Shown: positions 1 through 11,179 of the stretch, in pieces
Layout of the letters: each line of letters begins with the position of its first letter
Numbering within the stretch: the first letter of the stretch is position 1
Assembly: GCA_018398765.1 (NCBI GenBank)
Contig: JAHBMJ010000168.1
Span: 1-64,000, forward strand
Length of the DNA stretch: 64,000 nt
Origin: Chromera velia
Taxonomy: Eukaryota
Direction of reading: 5' to 3'
Notes under the pieces: generated by a model
What the model saw: only the letters and a program-made list of their open reading frames with translations
Database searches by the model: none
Told to the model about the DNA's origin: nothing
Position numbers and translations under genes: made by a program

Positions 1-108
1 ACACTCACTCACTCACACACACACACACACACACAAACACAAACCCAATCACTCACACAGACACACACACTCACTCACACAAACACAAACACACTCACTA
101 ACATGCAC

Positions 109-147
<39 letters not shown>

Positions 148-160
148 GACAGACAGACAG
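1..160. repeat. (CA)n/(CAGA)n microsatellite
   Basis: Directly visible CA, CTCA and CAGA tandem repeats at the window start. Confidence 0.9.
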
Positions 161-757
161 AAACAATGCATGCATTCATTTGCAGAGAGGGTGGGAAGCA
201 CAGGGGTACGTCGGTTTCTCTGCGGTCTCAGGGCCCGACTGGCCGCACCACATTTAAGCTGTCCCAGCCACACACTGATCTGACGGACTCACACAAGGTT
301 CCCCGCGTATTCGCACGGACCGGGTCCACCTCCCACCACAGCTAGGGCGGATAGGAGGTTTCCAGCCAGCCCGGGCGATCGTTTGGTTCCCCCGCAATTG
401 CCGCCTCGGCTCAGTCGGATGTTTTGCCCGGAGAAGTGGGGGGGCCGCTCTGTTGTTTGCGATTGCTTGTGGCGCAAACTCCCGCATGATGCCCACTTCT
501 TACCGAGAGACGCTTATGAAACAATGGACAGAGAACCGGGGTGAGTGGATGATCAAGCGATGCAAACCGCGGCAGAGCCATGACTAACCTTTGTGGGTCC
601 AGGAACCCCCCGCAATTCTTCGCCTCCACCCTCTCCTGCTCGCCACGTCCCCTGACCTTGCACGCAACGATCACACCAGAAAGAAGGATGGAGAGGAGGC
701 TGCATCAGTCACTCAAGAAAAACCTCAAAGCACCGGTTTGGCCAAAGCAAACGAACA

Positions 758-797
758 AACACACACGCGCGCGCGCGCACACACGCACACACATACA

Positions 798-862
<65 letters not shown>
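758..862. repeat. Compound (CA)n(GA)n microsatellite
   Basis: A CA run abuts a GA run directly. Confidence 0.9.
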
Positions 863-866
<4 letters not shown>

Positions 867-1187
867 GGTTCTGACCCACCTGCAGTGTGCGGGTCACTCT
901 TCTTCATTCGCGCGTGGTTTGTGTGAACATGCTCGACCCCCACCCATCGTTGCAGAAGCCACGCAGTCCCTTGACAAGCTTCACGCCTGCATGCCGGATC
1001 TGTCTCCGTCCACTGATTGTGCACCTGCATCGTTCCTTCTCTGTCCCTTTTCAAGATTCCAAAGAACTGTACAAGGTCTGTTTGCCCTTTTCCCAGCAAG
1101 TCTGACCAGGAGGCCATGCTTGGCTTGAGGAGCCGTTGTACCCCGGCCGACATTGTGCTGGACGCGGGGGGGCTGTGGAGTCAAGGG

Positions 1188-1576
1188 NNNNNNNNNNNNN
1201 NNNNNNNNNNNNNNNNNNNNNNNNNNNNNNNNNNNNNNNNNNNNNNNNNNNNNNNNNNNNNNNNNNNNNNNNNNNNNNNNNNNNNNNNNNNNNNNNNNNN
1301 NNNNNNNNNNNNNNNNNNNNNNNNNNNNNNNNNNNNNNNNNNNNNNNNNNNNNNNNNNNNNNNNNNNNNNNNNNNNNNNNNNNNNNNNNNNNNNNNNNNN
1401 NNNNNNNNNNNNNNNNNNNNNNNNNNNNNNNNNNNNNNNNNNNNNNNNNNNNNNNNNNNNNNNNNNNNNNNNNNNNNNNNNNNNNNNNNNNNNNNNNNNN
1501 NNNNNNNNNNNNNNNNNNNNNNNNNNNNNNNNNNNNNNNNNNNNNNNNNNNNNNNNNNNNNNNNNNNNNNNNNNNN
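1188..1576. other. Assembly gap (N run). Other gaps: 11872-12036, 23334-23519, 24439-24486, 50914-50928
   Basis: N characters. Most gaps are bordered by G or C homopolymers. Confidence 0.99.
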
Positions 1577-2264
1577 GGGGATGGCTGTGCTCTGGAGACT
1601 GTTACAGAGCTCGGGACAGACATGATGAGTGATGAAGTGAGTCGTCTTCGACTGCGTCTTCTGCTTCGGCTCAGCAAAGAGGGGCCTGTGCAGATGCAAC
1701 CTGTTGGGCTGGAGATACTTTGATTTGAACAACATTGTCGATAAGGACCTTGCGCAAATGGGGAGGTTGTGGGGTGCGAAGCTCTTGGCTTTCTGGAAAA
1801 TGGGCGGCGCTGGTCCGTGTGTGTCATCGGACAGGTTGAAGACCTCACAAACCCACAGAACAGTTCCAACGGCTTTACATCCAGGGTCGAAGCCTTGCTG
1901 TCCTCTTCTGCAGGAGGGAAAGGGAGCTCCTGAGAGTCGTCCCCTCCCTACATGCGTGGGAGCCTAGCTGTGCCTGATCAATCTACATGGGCGGAAAGCG
2001 CCAGGTAGGGGAAGAGCGGAGAAAAACAATAGATACATGACAGGGCATGCAGGTGTTGCATACGAGAAGATTGACTTCAACAACACCTGCGGGCGACTGA
2101 CGTAAGTGTTGCCACAACACAGTGCAACAAAAGAGTCCTTTTAACACATTCGCAGCATTTGTGTATCCACAGAAGGAGTATACTAATACTACAAAGGTTT
2201 CAGACCGAATGGGTATTTCAGAGACTCACATCTCGAGCAGCTATAAGTTCCGGAAATATCATGA

Positions 2265-2495
2265 AACGTATACGTACGTTTCCATGCATGCATGAAACAA
2301 GCTAGCATGATCAGCTAGGTGTGCAGCTCGCGCGCTTTGCGCGCGCGCGCGCGTACGTCTTTCGATCGCGCGCGGCTTCTTCACCCTAGCTGCCCCACGC
2401 TACGCTTTTCCGGGCCATAACCACCTGTTGCACGCTTGCAATCGCTTAATTGCGTGCGTCAGCCATCCATGTTGCATGGCTGCATGCATGCATGT
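2265..2495. promoter_or_regulatory. Putative promoter patch: CpG/GCGC-rich with TGCATGCA motifs, upstream of the Dicer-like gene
   Basis: TGCATGCA at 2285-2292 and from 2481, (GC)n run at about 2329-2352, and many short palindromes, about 300-500 bp upstream of ATG 2780. TGCATGCA is a known ApiAP2-bound motif in apicomplexans. Confidence 0.45.
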
Positions 2496-2779
2496 TGGTC
2501 CGTCTATATGGTCCGACTATGGTCCGGTCCGACTCTGTGAACTCCCATTGCTAAAACATGCAGGTCGATCGAAGCGAAAGAAGCAACTTCAAGCAAGTCT
2601 CACTACAAGAAAGTTTAAAGCCATCTCACCGGCCATTTTTGACACGCGATCCGTGCGAACAGCCCGGCAATTTTTGGTCTCTCAATTTTCTTGAATTTGT
2701 GGGTGTCTCCCGTCTCCCATTCCCGACTCATATGCTCGTCTCCTATTTAAAAAAGCCTACAGTATAACGGCCGAAGAAG

Positions 2780-4602
2780 ATGTCGTCAGTCGGATCAGAA
2801 TCACCGCGTGGCTCTCCGACAAGGTCGCCGCGTAAGTCAGACAAGCAGGTGACTCTAATCAAGTCGCCACCTGCGTGTGTCTCTGAGGACGGCGAGCCAC
2901 TTGCATGTGAGGAAAGACGACGGCTCGTCTGGCTGAAGGTCGCAAACAGACGGACAGAGGAGCTGAGAGAGGAGGAGGTGGAGGAATTATGCACAGAGAA
3001 GACAGGAGACGTGAAAGACATACCGTTTTGGTCGACTGCTATTCATCTGGCTGCGCAGGACGGCATGTACCATCCATACCCTCTCTGCTTGCTCAGCGTT
3101 GGCAAGCCCCCGTGCGTGATGGAGCAGGGGGTCTATCTGATGAACGGAGGGGGTGGCACAGAAGCCCTGCGGACCATCGACCTGCACCTACGAACGCATT
3201 TCTTTGGCGAAGGGGAGGCTGTGGAAGCAGGACACACCTGGGAGGGAATGTTTTCTGTGGGGGGTGGGTTTGGAAGAATGCGCTTCGAAAGGAGACACAA
3301 GACTCTGTACACTGAAAAAGACATCGAACTGATCCAAGTGAGTTGAAAAACTTAACCACAGACATACAAGCAGATACAATCAGGCACTCAGATACTCCGC
3401 AGATACATGCAGAGACACACAGACAGTCTCAAAGAGACGCAGAGACAGACACCGACAGACACAGCAACAGATACAGAGACAGGCACAGAGGCATACAGAA
3501 AGAGGCGCAGAAAGGTGTGATCAACGCGAATGACAAGCAACCATGCATGCAGACAGACAGCAGTTGGATCGACAGACAGGAACAAAGAGGTACACAACAC
3601 ATGCAGAAGACATCCAGTTCCATAAACAGTGGGACAGACAGTCTGAGAGCACCTCAGAAAATTTTGACTGCAAAAGTTGGAGTCCTGTCCCGTGCGTGCA
3701 GAGATCGGCCGACCTGATGAACTCCACGTTCGGCGTTGAGAGCGAGCTTGGTCTCCTTCCAAAGGACGCAAAAGGAACGCCCCCGCGGGTGCTTGTCGCC
3801 TTGGCGGGGGCGGACGGGATGCCCGACCTGCAGGCAATGAAGGCGGTTCTCCGTTTTACCTGCATTCAAGACGATGGATGGTCAGTGACTGTCTTAATTC
3901 TCTTGACTTCTTTTGGGGTGTATAGACATTGTCAAACTCTGCTTTCATTAGTGCAAGCGTTTCTCTGGCCCCTCCAAAGCGTACGCTTCGGGGGCGTCTC
4001 ATCGGACTTGCACACAAGCTATCAGATTTGTGAAAGAGAAGAGGGCAATTGTGTGTCCATCAAAGGACAGTAGGGGCGGACGGCTTGGCCGTACAAGAGC
4101 ACTCTCTCATCATTCTGCTGTTACTGTTGTGGATTGTTGTGGTGCAGCATGCGTCTGAATCGGATGCTCCAAGGTAATCCTTCTGACTCAAAAGTTAAAG
4201 AACACCTCAGGAGGGCGACGGGCGTCGTTGAAGGAGAGAGCGACAACAAGATCGTCATGCGGGCGCACGGTGCCGATCGGGAGAAGTTGGTGGTGCGGGA
4301 AGGTGGCGATGCGGGGCCTCCGATGGACTGGCGACCGTATTTGGCGCCTGTTGACCCTGCAGGAAATCTGGGGGGGGAAACAGAGGACACTGTGAGGGTC
4401 GTGGAAGTGCAGCTGCAGGTATGTGTTTGCAAGCTTCAAGAAAGAAATATTAATCTATGAAAACGTGCATGAAGATGCACTGAGAGAATCTCTGATGTGT
4501 TTCAACTTTCAAGAAAGAAACATGTGAAAACATGTGGCTTACATGAGAGATAGGAAAAGAAAAAAACGTTTCCCACAGACCGTAATCTGCAGTCTCTCTC
4601 TG

Positions 4603-4635
<33 letters not shown>

Positions 4636-4651
4636 ACGTGTGTGTGTGTGT

Positions 4652-4688
<37 letters not shown>

Positions 4689-4748
4689 TTTGTCTCTGTC
4701 TCTGTCTCACGCACATATACATACATACATACAGACACACGCACACAC

Positions 4749-4805
<57 letters not shown>

Positions 4806-4917
4806 AACGCGCACATACACACACAGAAACGCGCGCGCACACACACAAACACGCGCACGCTCGTACGTTTGTACACGCACACACTCTCTCACCATTCACA
4901 TGCACGCAGACGGACTT

Positions 4918-4959
<42 letters not shown>

Positions 4960-7558
4960 TGTGTGTCTGTATGTCTCTCTCCCTCTCTCACACCCACACG
5001 CATACACGCACGTGTAATATGTGTATTGACAGCAAGCTTGCATGATAAGTTGTATGAGCATACTGTTGGGTACACGTCTTTAGCATAAAAACATTCATGA
5101 ATTCACCGAAATTCACGCTCTTACTGATTGACCTGACTCTCTTGGTTTCCTCTCTGCTTTGTTGCAGGGGGCTTCGAATCCCTTGGCGCGCCCTCGGAAG
5201 ACATCGGTTTCCTTGGAGCAGAGTGCCAGAGCCCTTGCACTCCATCGCAGGAGGGACTGTTGGCTGGTTCCGTTTTCTGTTGGGACGGGGGTTGCAGTTT
5301 GCGGGGCTCCAGATCTTGTTGGACAGATGATTGAAGACCAGGCAAAGGAGGTGGAATTTGAGGGGATGTCGCAAGATGGTGTTGTGGTGGATCGAGTTCT
5401 TGGGAGAGCTGCCCTACTCAGGGCAACACCAAGTAGGTTGAATTTTGACGTCCTGCTCACTCAAACCGAAAGTAAGGAAGGTCGACTTGCTCTCCTGCAG
5501 TCGCTCACCGAGCAGCTCCCTGGATTGGTCGTGACCCCCGATAGGGAGCGCCTCGAGTTTGACGGCGATCTGTACATGGAAATCCACGCAGCCATACACA
5601 TGTTTACCCGAGGAAACTGTAGCACAAAGGCTACTGCTCGTACGCTGGCCCTCGGGAAGGTTGTCAACAACGTGACCATCGGGGAAATCGTCCGTGAAAG
5701 AGGCCTTTCGGGTCTTATCACCCCCAAAAGAGTAGGCCCAACGGCACTTGCCGAAAAGTTGTCCCGGGGGGGGAAAGACATCAGGCTAACTCGCAAGGAG
5801 CAGGCAGATGTCGGTAAGGCACTGCTGGGTACTGCCGCCGCCTCTCGTGAAGCCGATACAAACGGGTACCTCAACACCCTCGTCCATCTGTATGTCCCGG
5901 CTGACTCTGCTGCAGCGGGTGTAGCTACGTCCGCACCGTGTCAAGCAGCAGCAGCGACAACAGCTAAATCAGCATCCACGGTCTCTCGGGCCCCTATCCG
6001 ATAGGCGCAGTTGCAGTCTGCAAAGATGGCAGACAACATTCGGAGAGCGGCCCCCAAGTCTTCTGATAGTTGGGAGATGCCTCAGGCAATGTCTGGACAG
6101 CCCTACCCCCACCACCAACAGCTACCGATCGAGACCCGGTCTTCTGGCCACAGCCGTAGTCCAGGAGAACCGCCCGAGTACAAGTGTTCTCTCGTCGCGC
6201 TTCTGTGCCCCTTTGCAGGTCCGGAGGGGGACAGGCAGACTCTAGTCGCAGTCCTGCAGAAGGCAGGCTTCCTGTCTGACCTGTCGGGCCAGAAGCTCGC
6301 ACTGTTGATTCAGTACCTGGCAAGTGCTCGAGTCTTCCGCACGATTCCGGTCTGCCGTGTTGTATTTGTAGATCTGCAGTCTCCCTTCCTTGTACCTCTC
6401 GCACAGAGAGTGTCTCTTCCCGCCTCTGTTTTCACCGTTCGCGCTTCGGTGGACTACGTGTTTCTGGGGGGGGCAGCCGAAAAGGCAGTCACAGGATGGG
6501 AGCTGCTCTGCAGGCTCCACATTGTTGTGGCCTCCGCAGATGTTTTGGTGCAGCTTTTGTACATCTGCAGAGAAAAAATGAGTTCCGGGGCAGCATTTGC
6601 AAGGCTTTTCCCAATTCCTTCCCATTCTGATTCAGTGAAAGTGAGCGACAGGGAGTGGGCACACCTTCACGGCATCTATGAGCGCGGGACCGACGAGCAT
6701 GTTAAAAGTCTGCGAGAGCGCACTGAAGGTGGGGTTGCCGTCACGCAGGAGGAGGTGTGTGCACCAGTCTTCGACAGTTGGCTTGCAAAAGCGTTGTCTG
6801 AGGCCGCAGCCAGCCGGGCATCCAAAGCAGAGGGTAAAGGATCCGAGGGAAGCCGATCAGAGGGGGGAGTCAATCAGATGCAGGACGTGATTGCCAATCT
6901 GGGCGATAGAAGCCGTGCTCTCTTTGTTTCCCATCCCTCCGCCAGCGTTGAAACAGCAGAAACAACCGCAGCTGCGGCTGGGACGGGGAAACTGAATCTC
7001 CCTCTCGGTGCGATCTCCCTCCGTAGAGCCGCCCCCCAGACCACTCCCGAGCGAGGGGCAGGTGAGCAAAACACTGAGCGAGCATCAGAGGGAAAAAATA
7101 AGCGGAAGAAGAGACGACTCGAGCTGCAGCAGGCCGAAGGCAATGGCCCCGAGGGAAGCGCCCCTCCACCCTCCCCTTCCAATAGAACCCCTAGTAGAAG
7201 CCCCCGTGGCACGCCTTCCGCACATGCATCCAGTGGGTCAGAGAGAGGGGGGGCACCGAGCCCTAGGAGACTGGAACAGTGGACAGACGAAATCTTAACG
7301 ACGATCTACAGAGCACATATGGGCGCTGTCCTGGTTGCTGCAGGATTCGAGTTTGACAAGTGCTTCCCAATCTTGTGCGTACCCCTTAAGGACAAAGTCA
7401 TCTGGTGGGTAAGGAAGATTGCGGGTCGCCTCACGGGGCAGGATGCTCATGCATCTGGCTCTGCTGCATCCTCCTCCTCCTCATCGTCAGCTGCGGCTGC
7501 AGCAGTCCCTCTCTCCTCCGTGCACACAGATGGCAGAGCTAGTGGTGAAGGGGGATGA
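2780..7558 (+). CDS. Dicer-like protein without helicase (platform/PAZ-like region + RNase IIIa + degenerate RNase IIIb). Internal in-frame TAG at 6002-6004, so possibly a pseudogene
   Basis: Exons 2780-3337, 3702-3880, 4148-4418 and 5168-7558 are joined by phase-consistent GT-AG introns. RNase IIIa: LLQSLT...ERLEFDGD (5546-5569)...VVNNVTIG...[11 protein letters not shown] (5798-5830). RNase IIIb-like: [15 protein letters not shown] (from 6449) and [20 protein letters not shown] (7289-7348). ORFs 5159-6004 and 6011-7558 share a frame. Confidence 0.75.
4593..4975. repeat. Intronic compound microsatellite cluster (CT)n(GT)n / (CA)n(GA)n
   Basis: Three alternating-orientation compound dinucleotide blocks within intron 3 of the Dicer-like gene. 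Confidence 0.9.
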
Positions 7559-8255
7559 AAGGGGCACAGACTCTGTAATAAAAACGATAGACATATCATG
7601 AAGAGGCGTATTAGTAGAACAATGAACAACCATGGAGATTTGATTTGGTAGAATTGAAATAAAGCTGTTGTGATTTATTGTGATTTTAAAACTTTACCTA
7701 ACAAAACTGACTGTGTTTTCCAGTATTTTACCATTTTTTAAACTAGTTTTTTAATCAACTAAAAACCTAGCTAAAAACATGTTGCTTCACGTTGCTTCAT
7801 GTTGCTTCTAGTGTTGGCACTGTATGTGTTGCTTAAAAAATTAAAAACAACTTTTAAAAGTTTTATTTCATATAACGTAAAAAAATTGTGGCCTGAAATC
7901 ATACTTTAGACTTTCTTTCACTTTACAAGTTAATTACAACTTTTGATTACAACTTTACATATCACACCTATACAACAGTAAAAAAAATGAAAAAAATATT
8001 ATTTAATACGAGAGTTAAACTAAGAGTTTTTCTCTTATAGCTTTTTTTCTTTTAATAAGAACATACATAATCATATAGAGCAGTGTTTATCTAATACCTA
8101 GTCTAACACTTCAGGGGAACATAAATCGGTATTATAAATCCTATCGTGTTTCAGATCCTGTTCGATTCTTTGTTCGATTCTATTTGAGGCTAGAGTTCAA
8201 CTGAAAGCCGCTGAGTTGTAAAAAGCCCCGGCTTCTATATGTTAAATACCGGAAA

Positions 8256-8488
8256 CTAGGCGTTGGCTAAAGAAAAAAAAAAAAGATCCCCTCAAACCCT
8301 TTACTTTTTTTTTTTTTTTCTTTTTCAGTCAAACAACTGTTGTGCAAGTGTTGCACAGGTGTTGTTCATGTGTTGCACAACTGTTCTTAGGTGTTGCCGA
8401 TGATAAAAAAGTAAAAAAGAAAGAAAAAAAAAAAAATCTCCTCTGATCGCTTATTTTATTTTATTTTTTTTCTTTAGCTGACGCCTAG
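8256..8488. mobile_element. MITE with CTAGGC termini and a degenerate 8-bp TSD
   Basis: Left end CTAGGCGTTGGCTAAAGAAAAAAAA; right end TTTTTTTTCTTTAGCTGACGCCTAG (about 25-bp TIR, 2 mismatches). Flanks ACCGGAAA and GCCAGAAA. Confidence 0.7.
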
Positions 8489-9679
8489 GCCAGAAATTCT
8501 GGGCCGTCTGCTAGGCCGTCTGGCATTTAACTATGCATTTAAGCTAAAAGCCGTTATATTCCGGTATTTTATAGACCCCCGCCACGGCCCCCCTGAGCAA
8601 CTGGAGGGGCCGGCGACGGCCACACTGCCAGGCCGGACCGCCGCCGGGAGGCAAATGCATATGTGTCTGAGTTCCAAGGATGCTAAAGTCGAGCCAAAAA
8701 TTATCGTACGTGACCTGACCATGTTCACCTTTTTGAGAAAAAAAAAATGTTATCAACTTTTGACGAAAAAACGTGTAACAACGTACATGATCAGATTTCT
8801 ATCGATTCATATATGTTTTAAGAAATATATATAGAAATATGGTAAAATTTCTATAAATTATAGAAATTTGGGCCTGATTTCTATGATATTAATTTCTATT
8901 AGATTTCTGTTGAATTAATTCTATCAGATTTCTGTGACATTACTATGAGATTTCTATGACATTTCTGTAACTTGAACTATTTGTAGGGAACGTGCTGCGC
9001 AATACATCAATCAGTAAACTGTCTCAGGCACTTCCTTCCGCAAAAGTATTCAACACCCCAGAACAGACATACATCCACCTGTTCCCCTTCTTAATTTCAT
9101 GGACATTACTTCACAACGGTCATGCATCCATGCAGCATGAACTCAGACCCAGAACTGAGCGTGTCACCTTGCATAGGAAGGAACGGAGAGGCAATTTAAG
9201 GTTTGGGTCACCCATGAAGCACGTGACGATTAAATATGACATTTGTGTGTATGGTCGAGGGAAAACCAGGTGCATATGTGCCGTTGAGAAGGCCGACAGA
9301 CAGAAGGAAGCGCGGAGACCCATGCAAACACACTCATGCATCCACTTTGAACACGAGAGAAACCAGTGAGAACGACAACATCAAAAGCATACAGGGAGTG
9401 CAACTGAATGCACATCCATCACGACAGAATTCTTCCTTCGTTCACCACGATCGTTCTCTCTCTTTCTCATCAAATCCATTTCTGTCTCTTCCTTTCGTTT
9501 TCACACGAAGTAAGATCTTGACACAGAAGAAAGTCTCTCAGATCAACTTTGGACATGCAGTCCAATGTCATGCAGAGTCAACAAAAGAGAACTTCCCGCT
9601 TAATTGCATCTCCCTCAAAATTTATCAATCGCTCTGTCTACTGAGTCAGATAGACAAATCAATAAACAAGTCAGTCAAG

Positions 9680-11179
9680 TTACAGAAGGAACATCTCCTT
9701 CAGGTGCTGGTTCAAAAAAATGCCTTTCGGGTCCATGTCTTCCCGAATCTGCAGGAACTCGTCAAGCTTGGGGTACACGAGGGACAGGTAGAACTTCGTG
9801 TAAGGAGAGATGATGTACTTCTTCCCCCAATGAAACCTTGCACCGTACTTCTCCCCAATGCTCTGCAACACAGCGGACCACAACTGGAATTCACGAAGGT
9901 CTCCGGGGCCTGCTCTCGTCCCGCTGACGATCAGAGAGATCACCCCTGTGGTCCTCTCATACTCGGGTGACATGTACGATACAGGGTCCGCAGACACGTA
10001 ACGCATCATCACCTGCACACGCACGTAGTTTCTGTGCAGGTCGGAGAGAGACCAGATACGCTGAATGAATTCCTTGAAGGCGTCGAGAGACTTCTCGACA
10101 GGGAAGAACAACTCCATCTCAGTGAACTTGCTGCTACCTGCACGAGCGCTGCTCATGGCCTTGAAAGAGGCGTCTGCGCACGTTGAACGGTACACGCGGG
10201 ATATGCGTGTGTCAGACAACACAGCCCACTCCTTTCTCCTTTCAGCCCTTCTCTCGAGGGTCAAATTTCGTGCCAGCTCCTGAGCGAGGGCCTCTGCGGC
10301 CAATTCCATCGGGTCGTCTTCCTCCTCTGCCTCTCCTGCAGTCCCATTCAAAACCTTCTGCACCTCCTCCTCTTCCTCTTCCTCCTCAGGGCGGCACCTT
10401 CTGATGTTCTGCACTACCGCCTCATCAATCTCGGTGTACGCAATCACCATACCGCTCAGCTGACGGAAAGGCTGCACAACGAACTGCATTCTCGGGAACT
10501 GTTCATACAGGGCGGGAACCTTCTCAAGGAGCTCCTCAACGTCGTAGTTGACTACCAGAGACCTCTCAAGGTAGTACTTTGGCACAGCTTGGAACGTGAG
10601 TGTGCTCACGACACCCAATGCACCCAGGCCCACCCGGGCAGCTGCGAACAGCTCTGGGTTCACTTCGGGAGAGGCAGTGATCACAGTGCCATTCGCTGCG
10701 ATGAGCGACAGGCTTACGATTGCTTCTGAGATTGTTCCAAGCTCCCTACCAGTTCCGTGGGTGGCTGTTTGAGTGGCACCAGCCACAGACTGGACACTCA
10801 CAGCACCCAACTGAGGGAGTGCCCACCCGAACTCATCAAGAATCTCATTCAACTCATACAGCCGCATACCTCCCTGTACTGTGATTTGCATCTTCTCCCT
10901 GTCCACGGACACCACAGAGTTGTAAGAGTCCAAGGACATCAAAGCACCCCCTCCATCTGGGGCCGCAATTGGGGACCAGGAGTGACCTGCCCCCACCAAC
11001 TTGAGGGTCAGGTTCTGTGTGGAAACGGCATTCACGATCTGAACGATCTCGTCCTCGCTTGTGGGGGTGACCAGAGCCACCGGATGAGCAACCACACCGC
11101 CCTCCCAATTCTTCCATTCAGCGGCCGCAGCGGAGACTGCAGCCGCGATCACACTCACGGAGGTGAAAAGAAGCCGCAT
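9680..11179 (-). CDS. FAD-linked L-gulono-/D-arabinono-1,4-lactone oxidase-like protein with a signal peptide, single exon
   Basis: 499-aa ORF. WKNWEG start of the FAD_binding_4 fold, VGAGHSWS (position of the FAD-linking His), QSVAGATQTATHGTG, ARVGLGALGVVS, C-terminal HWGK and REDMDPKGIFLN. Hydrophobic leader MRLLFTSVSVIAAAVSAAAA. Confidence 0.9.
   Translation of the reverse strand: MRLLFTSVSVIAAAVSAAAAEWKNWEGGVVAHPVALVTPTSEDEIVQIVNAVSTQNLTLKLVGAGHSWSPIAAPDGGGALMSLDSYNSVVSVDREKMQITVQGGMRLYELNEILDEFGWALPQLGAVSVQSVAGATQTATHGTGRELGTISEAIVSLSLIAANGTVITASPEVNPELFAAARVGLGALGVVSTLTFQAVPKYYLERSLVVNYDVEELLEKVPALYEQFPRMQFVVQPFRQLSGMVIAYTEIDEAVVQNIRRCRPEEEEEEEEVQKVLNGTAGEAEEEDDPMELAAEALAQELARNLTLERRAERRKEWAVLSDTRISRVYRSTCADASFKAMSSARAGSSKFTEMELFFPVEKSLDAFKEFIQRIWSLSDLHRNYVRVQVMMRYVSADPVSYMSPEYERTTGVISLIVSGTRAGPGDLREFQLWSAVLQSIGEKYGARFHWGKKYIISPYTKFYLSLVYPKLDEFLQIREDMDPKGIFLNQHLKEMFLL

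Noticed and set aside
180..1967. Possible exons of a gene at the left edge (e.g. minus-strand 880-1153, plus-strand 1577-1967)
   Set aside because: No recognisable domain, stops in candidate frames, and a 389-nt gap prevent a supportable model.
4450..5088. HT/CV/ER-repeat ORFs here and at other (CA)n/(GA)n tracts
   Set aside because: Translations of intronic dinucleotide repeats.
8076..8090. TAGAGCAGTGTTTAT shared with 53328-53342, resembling a hAT terminus
   Set aside because: I could not find a convincing matching opposite end or TSD for either copy.
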